Assembly (NCBI GenBank): GCA_963707635.1
Contig: OY970173.1
Span: 896,001 to 960,000, forward strand
Direction: 5' to 3'
Source: Candidatus Latescibacterota bacterium
GTDB lineage: Bacteria; Krumholzibacteriota; Krumholzibacteriia; WVZY01; JAKEHA01
Length of the DNA: 64,000 nucleotides
A program made the position numbers and the translations under genes. This document shows positions 50,425 through 58,337 of the stretch, one piece after another. The notes under the pieces are model-generated. The model was given only the letters and a program-made list of their open reading frames with translations. It did no database searches and was not told the DNA's origin. How positions within the stretch are numbered: the stretch's first letter is position 1; every line of letters starts with the position of its first letter.

Positions 50425-52725
50425 ATGCGGACGATTCTCGGCATTACCCTCGGTTTCTTTCTTATTGGGTTCGCCACTCCGTCTCCGGCCCAGGGCCCGG
50501 CCCACTTCTGGAGCAAGCGTTTCGGGAGCACGGGCAGTGACCGCAGCCATGCCGTCGCGGTGGACGGTTCGGGGAACGTGGTGGTGACCGGAGAGTTCGC
50601 CGGCAGCGTGAGCTTCGGGGGCACCACCCTCGTAAGCGCGGGGGGCGCCGACATCTTCGTCGCGAAGTACAACGCAAGTGGTGCATACCAGTGGAGTCAA
50701 AGCTTCGGAAGTGCGGGCACCGATGTTTCTAACTCGGTCGCCGTGGATGGATCGGGCAACGTGGTGATTACGGGGGCGTTCACCAATACCGTCAATTTCG
50801 GGGGCGTCCCCCTCGTGAGTGCGGGGAGCCAGGACATCTTCCTGGCGAAATTCGACCCGAACGGCGTGCACCAGTGGAGCCAGAGCTTCGGGAGCACGGG
50901 TGGTGACGCGGGCAATTCCGTTGTCGTGGACGGTCTGGGAGGCGTGGTCATGACGGGGGGGTTCGTTGGGACCGTGAATTTCGGGGGCGTCAACCTCATG
51001 AGCGTGGGGGGGCAGGACGTCTACGTCGCGAAGTACACCTCGGGCGGGACACATCAGTGGAGCCAGCGCTACGGCAGCACGTCCCCCGACGTCGGCAACG
51101 CCGTCGCGGTGGACGCTTCGCGCAACGTGATCGTGACGGGGCAGTTCAACCTCGCGGTGAGCTTCGGGGGCGGCACCCTCTCGAGCGCCGGGGGCTACGA
51201 CATTTTCCTCGCGAAGTACAACTCGAGCGGTGTGCATCAGTGGAGCAAGCGCTTCGGGGGCGGGACCTACGACGCCGGCGAAGCGGTCGCAGCAGACGCC
51301 TCGGGGAACGTGGTGGCAACGGGGTCGTTCGAAGGCACCGCGAACTTCGGAGGCGGCAACGTCGTGGCGGCGGGAGGCGGCGACGTCTTCCTTGCCAAGT
51401 ACGACGCGGGTGGAGTCCACCAGTGGAGCCAGCGGTTCGGCGGGGCGAGCGGCGAAGTCGGAAATGGTGTCACGGTGGATGCTTCGGGAAACGTCGTGAT
51501 GACGGGATTCTTCTTTGGTCTTGCGGACTTCGGGGGTGGCAACCTCACGAGCGCGGGAAACGCCGACATCTTCGCGGCGAGGTACGGCCCGAGCGGCAAG
51601 CACGTGTGGAGCGAGCGCTACGGGAGTACGGCCAACGAGATCGGCAATGGAGTGGCGGTGGACGCTTCGGAAAATGTCGTGGTGACGGGGTATTTCAACG
51701 GCACGGTGACTTTCGGGGGAGCCAACCTCACGAGCGCCGGAGGCGACGAAGTCTTCGTGGCGAAGTACGGTTCTTTCGCGGCGGAACCTCTCATTACGTC
51801 GGTCGTGGATGTCGGCAACGACCAGGGGGGAAAGGTCCGGATCCAGTTCTCCCGATCAGGATATGACGCCGTGGAACCCGCGAGCCCCACCCAGCGCTAC
51901 GAGGCCTATCGCCGGAACGACGCGCTCCCTTCGGCGATGACGGCATCACCGGCGGGCCCGCTTTCCCGCCAACAGCTCCTCGATCTGGGGTGGGTCGACG
52001 CCGGTTCTACGCAGGCGCATGCTGCAGCGGGCTACGTGATGGACGCGCCAACGGACGCGGACTCGACGAGCGCGCTCGGTCAGCACTATTCCGTGTTCTT
52101 CATCCGGGCCGCAATGACGACGCCGAGTGTCTTCTACGACTCCGCGGCCGACTCCGGCTACTCGATCGATAACCTCGCGCCCGGTGTGCCGGCGAGCTTT
52201 GCGTACACCACAGGCGTGCTGTCGTGGGATGAGTCCAGCGCAGCCGACTTCGACTACTTCTCGATCTACGGCGGCAGCACCAACGCGTTCGGGTCCGCCA
52301 CGCTGGTGGACTACACGACCGCCACGGACCTCGACGTGAACGCCTCGCCGTACGTCTTCTATTTTGTGACGGCGACCGACTTCTCGGGGAACGAGGGCAA
52401 GCCGGCGGTGATCAACACGCTGTCGGGAACCGGCGAGACGCCGACGCAGTATGTGCTGTCGATCTCATCGTACCCGAATCCATTCAACCCGGAGACGACA
52501 GTGCGCTACACGGTTCCGGCGAAGGGACGCGTCACCATCGAGGTGTTCGATGCGCGCGGCGGGCACGTCGCGACACTCGTCAATCAAGAGACGGAAGCGG
52601 GCGCGTTCACGGTGACCTGGAACGGTCAGGACGGACGAGGCAACGCCGCGGGTTCGGGAGTCTACTTCGCGCGGCTCACGTCGCCGGCGGGCCACAGGAG
52701 TTACAAGATGACCTTGCTCAAGTAG
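50425..52725 (+). CDS. Secreted beta-propeller (SBBP-like) repeat protein with C-terminal FlgD-Ig/T9SS-like domain
   Basis: About 7 repeats of VAVDxSGNVVxTG...FGG..L.SAG..DIFLAKY; DVGNDQGG; YPNPFNP...WNGQD...SGVYF...KMTLLK. Confidence 0.88.
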   Translation: MRTILGITLGFFLIGFATPSPAQGPAHFWSKRFGSTGSDRSHAVAVDGSGNVVVTGEFAGSVSFGGTTLVSAGGADIFVAKYNASGAYQWSQSFGSAGTDVSNSVAVDGSGNVVITGAFTNTVNFGGVPLVSAGSQDIFLAKFDPNGVHQWSQSFGSTGGDAGNSVVVDGLGGVVMTGGFVGTVNFGGVNLMSVGGQDVYVAKYTSGGTHQWSQRYGSTSPDVGNAVAVDASRNVIVTGQFNLAVSFGGGTLSSAGGYDIFLAKYNSSGVHQWSKRFGGGTYDAGEAVAADASGNVVATGSFEGTANFGGGNVVAAGGGDVFLAKYDAGGVHQWSQRFGGASGEVGNGVTVDASGNVVMTGFFFGLADFGGGNLTSAGNADIFAARYGPSGKHVWSERYGSTANEIGNGVAVDASENVVVTGYFNGTVTFGGANLTSAGGDEVFVAKYGSFAAEPLITSVVDVGNDQGGKVRIQFSRSGYDAVEPASPTQRYEAYRRNDALPSAMTASPAGPLSRQQLLDLGWVDAGSTQAHAAAGYVMDAPTDADSTSALGQHYSVFFIRAAMTTPSVFYDSAADSGYSIDNLAPGVPASFAYTTGVLSWDESSAADFDYFSIYGGSTNAFGSATLVDYTTATDLDVNASPYVFYFVTATDFSGNEGKPAVINTLSGTGETPTQYVLSISSYPNPFNPETTVRYTVPAKGRVTIEVFDARGGHVATLVNQETEAGAFTVTWNGQDGRGNAAGSGVYFARLTSPAGHRSYKMTLLK

Positions 52726-52739
52726 TCCTCCGGCCCGCG

Positions 52740-53660
52740 CTATCGGAGAAACGAAACGATGGAGTTTGCGGCCTTCTCGGCTTGTGTCACAAGCATCAGG
52801 TGTCCCGCACCCGGAAATGGAACCAGTGTGACCCGTGCTCCGAGTTCTTCCTTCAGTAGCTCGCCATTCTCCGGCGGCGCCGCCTGGTCTTCGGTCCCCT
52901 GCAGAACGAGATACCTGGCTTCCCCCGGCGGCGCCCACCAGTCCTTGAGTGGCGTGCTCATGGCCGCGGCCTTCTCGATTCCGGCTACACCGGGGGACCG
53001 GCAGGGCTTGAGAATCCGCCACGCAGCCGCGACGTCTTCATTCTTGCCAACCATGTACTTCATGGCCTCCAGAGCCTCGGCGTCCGTCGATTTGGGGTCG
53101 AAGATCGTCTTCAACGCGCGCTGCGCCGGCTGCTTCGGGGCGACCTTTCCGCCCGCGGCAAAGAGGATCACGCTACGCACGAGCTCGGGGCGGTCGGCGG
53201 CCAGCATGCGCGCCACGCGATTTCCGAAGGCGTGCCCCGCGACGTTTGCCGGTGCGAGCCCGAGAGCCTCGATCACGCCAGCCACGTCGGCCGTCAGCGT
53301 GTGAAGAGTGACGTCCGTATCCAAACCCGTACTCTTGCCCGACCCTCTGAAGTTGATCCGGATGGCCCGGTACCCGGCCTTTGCCAGCGCGTTTGACAAC
53401 CCATCCATGTAGCCAACCGTGAGACTGCCACCCGGCAGCAAGACCACCGCCTGGCCTTTTCCCTCGCTGAAGTACTCGATGTTCGAGTCGGCAAGTTTGA
53501 CCATGCCCGATTCGACGCGGCTCGATGGCGCCTTGCTCTTTGGCGTCGCAGTCTTCGTCGGCTTTGCGTCCGGCGTCGACTCGGGAGCCGGGCCTCGACA
53601 GCCGGAAGTCATCGTGATCGCCATTCCTGCAAAGAGGGCGAAGAAAAGTATCGTTCTCAT
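52740..53660 (-). CDS. Alpha/beta-fold hydrolase-like lipoprotein (GHAFG elbow)
   Basis: Lipobox TSGC; NFRGSGKS, AGHAFG, LQGTED, GAGH. Confidence 0.8.
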   Translation of the reverse strand: MRTILFFALFAGMAITMTSGCRGPAPESTPDAKPTKTATPKSKAPSSRVESGMVKLADSNIEYFSEGKGQAVVLLPGGSLTVGYMDGLSNALAKAGYRAIRINFRGSGKSTGLDTDVTLHTLTADVAGVIEALGLAPANVAGHAFGNRVARMLAADRPELVRSVILFAAGGKVAPKQPAQRALKTIFDPKSTDAEALEAMKYMVGKNEDVAAAWRILKPCRSPGVAGIEKAAAMSTPLKDWWAPPGEARYLVLQGTEDQAAPPENGELLKEELGARVTLVPFPGAGHLMLVTQAEKAANSIVSFLR

Positions 53661-53760
53661 CTCGAAAGGTCCTTTCGATTGAGCGAGTTTGCGCGCAGTC
53701 TATGGGCGATGTCTCGCGGGTGTCAACCGACCTTCGCGGCACTCGAATCCGCCAGGGACT

Positions 53761-53885
53761 GCCCTCAAAGCACAGGAAGCCAGCGAGCAGGCCAACCTCG
53801 CCAACTTCGACGATCTCGATTTCAACGTGTTTATCTGTTCTGGGACAACCAGACGTTCGTGAAGCAGGTGGGATTGGGGCAGTAG
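53761..53885 (+). pseudogene. Relic of SnoaL/ester-cyclase-like gene (internal deletion)
   Basis: ANLANFDDLDFNV joined out of frame to YLFWDNQTFVKQVGLGQ*. Confidence 0.5.
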
Positions 53886-53901
53886 AGAGGACAAGGCTCC
53901 A

Positions 53902-53988
53902 GTGGACGACTGGACCCGAGAAGAAGTCGAAGCCACGGTTGCAGACTACTTCGAAATGCTCACCGCCGAACTACGGAATTCACATTGA
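53902..53988 (+). pseudogene. Truncated N-terminus of DUF3883/HNH-type nuclease-like gene
   Basis: MDDWTREEVEATVADYFEMLTAELR then premature stop. Confidence 0.5.
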
Positions 53989-54008
53989 TGTATGACTAGT
54001 TCCCCCCG

Positions 54009-56489
54009 TCAGTTCGTCGTGTCATCGCCCTTGTCATCATCATCATTGTCGTCGTAGTCGTAGTTGTATTCGTATTCGTGCTTTTCCCTGTCGTGGCGCT
54101 CCCGCTCCTCGGCCCTCCAGCGCTTCGCCATCTTCTTGTAGCGGGGATCGCCGTGGAGGGGATCCAGGTCGTCGTCCCAGCGGGCCTGCGACCACATGTG
54201 CATGCCGGCGGCCTCGGACTTCTCGAGCCATGCGAACGCGGCGTCGATGTCGCCGGCCTGTGCGGTCGAGCACGCGAGGTTGTACATAGTGGTGGGCGGC
54301 TGGTAGCCGAGATCCAGCGCCTTCTTGAATGACGCGGTGCCCTTGTCGCCATCCTGATCCGCGGCGAGCTGCGCGTAGCCGAGGTTGAACCACGCGCGCC
54401 CGATCTCCGGGTGCTCACGCGTGACGCTCTCGAGGCGAGCGATCGACTTCCGCCATCTCTTCTCGTCGCTGAACTTGCCCCACCCTCCATTGTCGCCGTT
54501 CCACCAGCCGCCCTGGTTGAGTGTGAGATCCTCGGCAAGTTCGACGAGCTCGTCGAAGGCAGGCTCCTTGTGGAGGGTGATGAGGTCGGGGTCTTCCTGC
54601 ATATGGTCGGCGTCCACCGAGCCGGTCTTGATCGACTGCTCGAGCAGCTTGAGCGCCTCGGTGGTCTTGCCAGCCAGTGCGCGCGCGCACGCCATATTAT
54701 AGAGCGCGTCCTCGTCCTGGCTGACCTTGAACTCGTTGTTGAAGGCCTCCGCAGACTTCTCGTAGTCGCCGGAACGGAGGAGGTCCATGCCGACCGAGTT
54801 CCAGTCGCCATCGTCGACGTTCTTCCGCTTCGCGAGCCGGTCGAAATCCCGATTCGCGGCGCGGCGCGAGGACTCCGCGCTGCCGGAGTTCATCACCTCG
54901 TCGAGGAGCTTCCGGAAGCGCGGGTCGGCGCGGAGCGAATTCAAATCATCGTCGGCCGCGTATAGATTGGGACTGTCGAAGCCCTCGTCGAAAGACTCGC
55001 GCAGCGCATCGATCGCCTTATCCGTCTCGCCCGCAAGCGCGTACGAACAGCCGGCATTATAGTAGGCGGTCCCGCGGCGGTACCCGAGGCGGGCGGCGTG
55101 CATGTAGGCTTCGCCCGCCTTCTTGTAGCTCTCGTTGTGGTACAGATCGCTCGCGCGGTCATACCAATCGCCGCCGGAGCGCTCGTCGCGGTCGTCGGCG
55201 AGGTAGTACTTCTGGCCGGAGCCGCCTTCATCCTCGCTGTTCGCGGCGTCCGCGGACGAAATCGCAAACGTGAACCCGGGCTCCAATACCGTACGCTTCT
55301 GCGTCACGGCCTCGTTATTGGAGGAATACTCGTTGCCCTGCACATAGGCGTCCATGGGGTCAATTTGCGCCGAAACAACCGGCGTCGGGCGCACGGCGGC
55401 GACTACCACCAGAAGAGCCAGCGAGCCGGCCGTCACCGCGGCGAACATCCGCGGCGAAATGGTGGCCCGCGGCGAGTGCGCGTGCAGAATCGACACGACG
55501 CGCCGCTCCAGCGACGAGCGCGTGGCAAACGCCAGCGCTGTACCCGCGAGCGGGTCGCTGGTCATGACGGTACGCGCGATGTCGACCAGGTGCCCCGCGT
55601 AGTCGGACCCGCGGACACCGCTGGCCAGGACGACGTCGTCGCACGCGCGTTCGGCTTCGCGACGCACGTGGGTCGAGAGCACCCACACCAGCGGGTGGAA
55701 CCAGAAGATGCCGGTCACGACCCGCGCCACCAGCAGCCAGAGCGCGTCCCGCCGGCGCGCGTGCGCCAGCTCGTGCAGGAGCACCACGGCCAGCCGCTGG
55801 CGCGACCAGACCATCGCGGCAGCGGGGAGGATCACGCGTGGACGGCGCACGCCCACGATCATCGGGATCGCGACTTCGGGCGAGACATGCACGTCGATCG
55901 CGCGCTCGATTCCGAGTATGCGGCGTGCACGGTCGCATTCGCCGAGGAGGATTTCATCGGTGGTGGCCGGCGCCCGCCGCGTGAATCGCCGCGCGACGAA
56001 TGACGCCATGCCGATTCGAAACAGGATGGCCATCGCCACCAGCAGCCACGTGAAGAGAACGACGCGCTTCCAGTCCACCGCGATGCCGATGGATTCGCGC
56101 GCCGACGTCGACGACACGCTTCCCGCCGTCAACACGATCGGCGCCGGCTGGGTCAGCGCGGCGGTCGACGGCGTCGGTTCGGTCGTAGAGGCGTCGATCG
56201 CGGGCGAGAATTCGCGCGGTGCGCTGCCCGTGTCCGTGGCCCGGATCGACGGCAGCACCGGGAGCGGCACCGAGGGCAGCAACGCCGACGCAACCGGCAG
56301 GACCGCGATGGAGAGCAAACTTCCCACCGCGACCAAATGCCGCGTCGCGGGGCGCGCGCGGCGCGCGAGGGCGAGGTAGGCGCAGGCGAGCACGCCGATC
56401 AACGTCATGCGCGAGAGCCACCACACGAGCGACTCCGGCGTGATCGAGCCCAGTACCGATGAGAGACTGAAGATCGGGGTCATGATCAT
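54009..56489 (-). CDS. BlaR1/M56 family peptidase with C-terminal TPR repeats
   Basis: LLHELAH, FWFHPL, ERACDD, LERRV; three YNxAC/GC-DxDL TPR modules. Confidence 0.9.
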   Translation of the reverse strand: MIMTPIFSLSSVLGSITPESLVWWLSRMTLIGVLACAYLALARRARPATRHLVAVGSLLSIAVLPVASALLPSVPLPVLPSIRATDTGSAPREFSPAIDASTTEPTPSTAALTQPAPIVLTAGSVSSTSARESIGIAVDWKRVVLFTWLLVAMAILFRIGMASFVARRFTRRAPATTDEILLGECDRARRILGIERAIDVHVSPEVAIPMIVGVRRPRVILPAAAMVWSRQRLAVVLLHELAHARRRDALWLLVARVVTGIFWFHPLVWVLSTHVRREAERACDDVVLASGVRGSDYAGHLVDIARTVMTSDPLAGTALAFATRSSLERRVVSILHAHSPRATISPRMFAAVTAGSLALLVVVAAVRPTPVVSAQIDPMDAYVQGNEYSSNNEAVTQKRTVLEPGFTFAISSADAANSEDEGGSGQKYYLADDRDERSGGDWYDRASDLYHNESYKKAGEAYMHAARLGYRRGTAYYNAGCSYALAGETDKAIDALRESFDEGFDSPNLYAADDDLNSLRADPRFRKLLDEVMNSGSAESSRRAANRDFDRLAKRKNVDDGDWNSVGMDLLRSGDYEKSAEAFNNEFKVSQDEDALYNMACARALAGKTTEALKLLEQSIKTGSVDADHMQEDPDLITLHKEPAFDELVELAEDLTLNQGGWWNGDNGGWGKFSDEKRWRKSIARLESVTREHPEIGRAWFNLGYAQLAADQDGDKGTASFKKALDLGYQPPTTMYNLACSTAQAGDIDAAFAWLEKSEAAGMHMWSQARWDDDLDPLHGDPRYKKMAKRWRAEERERHDREKHEYEYNYDYDDNDDDDKGDDTTN

Positions 56490-56869
56490 CGTCCTTCCTT
56501 GCGCGCGCGTTCTATCAGCGCCGCCATGCGATCCAGGTCTTCCGGGGTCAGTTCGGCGCCCGGAGTTTCCAGAAGAGCCATCACCGCACCCGCCGCCGAG
56601 CCGTCGAAGAAGGTGTTGAGCAGGTGCTCCACCGCGCCGCGCCGCGCCTTGTTGCGGGCCAGCGTGGGGCGGTAGATGTAGCGCTTGCCGTCGTGCTCAT
56701 GGGTGAGTAGTCCTTTTTGCTCCAGAACGCGCAGGGTGGCGCGGACGGCTGAATAACTGGGCGGGGAGGGGACCCGGCGGTGAACCTCGCCCGCGCTGGC
56801 ACTGCCCGCGCTGTACAGGACATCCATGATCTCCCGTTCGCGGCGACTTAGTGTACGCATTCGTTTCAT
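56486..56869 (-). CDS. BlaI/MecI/CopY family repressor
   Basis: LSRREREIMDVL, SYSAVR, LEQKG, YIYRP, FFDGS. Confidence 0.93.
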   Translation of the reverse strand: MKRMRTLSRREREIMDVLYSAGSASAGEVHRRVPSPPSYSAVRATLRVLEQKGLLTHEHDGKRYIYRPTLARNKARRGAVEHLLNTFFDGSAAGAVMALLETPGAELTPEDLDRMAALIERARKEGR

Positions 56870-56907
56870 GGGGGGTTGCCTCCGAGGCCTAAAAAGGCCG
56901 GGTTGTA

Positions 56908-56961
56908 TGCTGAATTTTTAGCACGTGCTGGAAAACTAGCACTTGAGGGGAGGGGTGTCAA
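56908..56961 (-). promoter_or_regulatory. blaI-type promoter with two TGCT-N8-AGCA operators
   Basis: Minus TTGACA-17-TAGTTT; palindromes at 56908-56923 and 56926-56941. Confidence 0.7.
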
Positions 56962-57302
56962 CGACCTTTTTTGAGGTGCCCGGGCATTCTCACGTGACAA
57001 CACACCTGACGACGCCGGCCCCGAGGTTGGCAGCGATTGATTGAACCGCGCGGGAATAATCCTTTACATTGGCGCCACTTGTGCGTATGCTTCGTTCAGC
57101 CCACCTTACACGGCCTCCGGACGACGATTGTTCAGCCTCCCTTTTCTAGAGTCGCTCAACTTTTTGAATCCTATCGACGGTTGACGGGTTGCGGTTCGAC
57201 ACGTTGTCGGGCCACTCTGGAAGCGCAACGGATGCCCGGAACTAGCCGGAGATCCCGAGAGCTTCTGCTAGCCGGACATCCGGCATTTTGGAGAAAAAGC
57301 TA

Positions 57303-57581
57303 ATGAAGAAAATCTACGTGGGCAATCTGCCCTTCAGCGCGACCGAATCCCAGGTCAAAGACCTGTTCAGCAAGCACGGCAACGTGCAGTCGGTCGCACT
57401 CATCATGGACAAGGAAACGGGTCGTCCCCGGGGCTTCGGCTTCGTGGAGATCGACGACGCCGGCCTTGCTGCCGCTCTCAAGGCGCTCGACGGCCACGAG
57501 ATGGACGGACGCGCGCTGAAAGTGAACGAAGCCCAGGACAAGCCCCGTGGCAATGGCGGCGGTGGCCGCGACCGCTGGTAG
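57303..57581 (+). CDS. Single-RRM RNA-binding protein with Gly-rich tail, copy 1
   Basis: RNP2 IYVGNL, RNP1 RGFGFVEI, LKVNEA. Confidence 0.95.
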   Translation: MKKIYVGNLPFSATESQVKDLFSKHGNVQSVALIMDKETGRPRGFGFVEIDDAGLAAALKALDGHEMDGRALKVNEAQDKPRGNGGGGRDRW

Positions 57582-57605
57582 CCTGATCGTTCCCTCGCAT
57601 TAACA

Positions 57606-57648
57606 CCGAGGACCCTGCCATCTCACGGTGGTACGGTCCTCGGCTTTT
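57606..57648 (+). terminator. Intrinsic terminator
   Basis: CCGAGGACC...GGTCCTCGG-CTTTT. Confidence 0.7.
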
Positions 57649-57968
57649 CGGTCAGAGGGAAAGCCGCGGTCCGGCCGTGGCGACTTGGCACGCCGAAGGG
57701 TGAAGAAAGTGGCGGAGGGCGGAATCGAGCTTTACATTGGCACCGCTTGTGCTTATCCTGTCTCCAGCCCATCTTAAACGACCACCGGACGAACATTGTT
57801 CAGCCTCCCTTTTCTAGAGTCGCTCAACTTTTTGGTCCCCTCGATGATTGACGGGTTGCGGTTCGACACGTTGTCGGGTCGCTCGGGAAGCGCAACGGAT
57901 GCCCGGAACTAGCCGGAGATCCTGAGAGCTTCCACAAGCCGGACATCCGGCAATTTGGAGAAGAAGAA

Positions 57969-58250
57969 ATGAAGAAGATCTACGTGGGCAATCTGCCCTT
58001 CAGCGCGACCGAATCCCAGGTCAGGGAGCTGTTCAGCAAGCACGGCAACGTGCAGTCGGTTGCCCTCATCATGGACAAGGAAACCGGTCGTCCCCGGGGC
58101 TTCGGCTTCGTGGAGATCGAAGACAGCGGTCTGGCCGCCGCTCTCAAGGCGCTCGACGGTCACGAGATGGACGGACGCGCGCTGAAGGTGAACGAGGCCC
58201 AGGATAAGCCCCGTGGTGGCGGTGGTGGTGGCGGACGCGACCGCTGGTAA
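57969..58250 (+). CDS. Single-RRM RNA-binding protein, copy 2
   Basis: Near-identical to copy 1. Confidence 0.95.
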   Translation: MKKIYVGNLPFSATESQVRELFSKHGNVQSVALIMDKETGRPRGFGFVEIEDSGLAAALKALDGHEMDGRALKVNEAQDKPRGGGGGGGRDRW

Positions 58251-58278
58251 GCGGGTCGCACCCTCGTATTGACGCACC

Positions 58279-58320
58279 GAGGACCCTGTCATCTTTGGAT
58301 GGCAGGGTCCTCAGCATTTT
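58279..58320 (+). terminator. Intrinsic terminator
   Basis: GAGGACCCTGTCATC-TTTG-GATGGCAGGGTCCTC-AGCATTTT. Confidence 0.7.
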
Positions 58321-58337
58321 CGGTCAGTTTACGTCTT

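Larger units (their letters stand above)
57062..57650 (+). repeat. Tandem duplication unit 1 (promoter, ~205-nt leader, RRM gene, terminator)
   Basis: Colinear with 57730-58325. Confidence 0.9.
57730..58325 (+). repeat. Tandem duplication unit 2
   Basis: Colinear with 57062-57650. Confidence 0.9.

Noticed and set aside
50500..51770. CRISPR-like periodic repeats
   Set aside because: In-frame ~180-bp coding repeats of a beta-propeller protein; no spacers or cas genes
57069..57083. sigma54 promoter before the RRM genes (TGGC...TTGT)
   Set aside because: Spacing is 2 bp too short and it lies within a well-spaced sigma70 promoter
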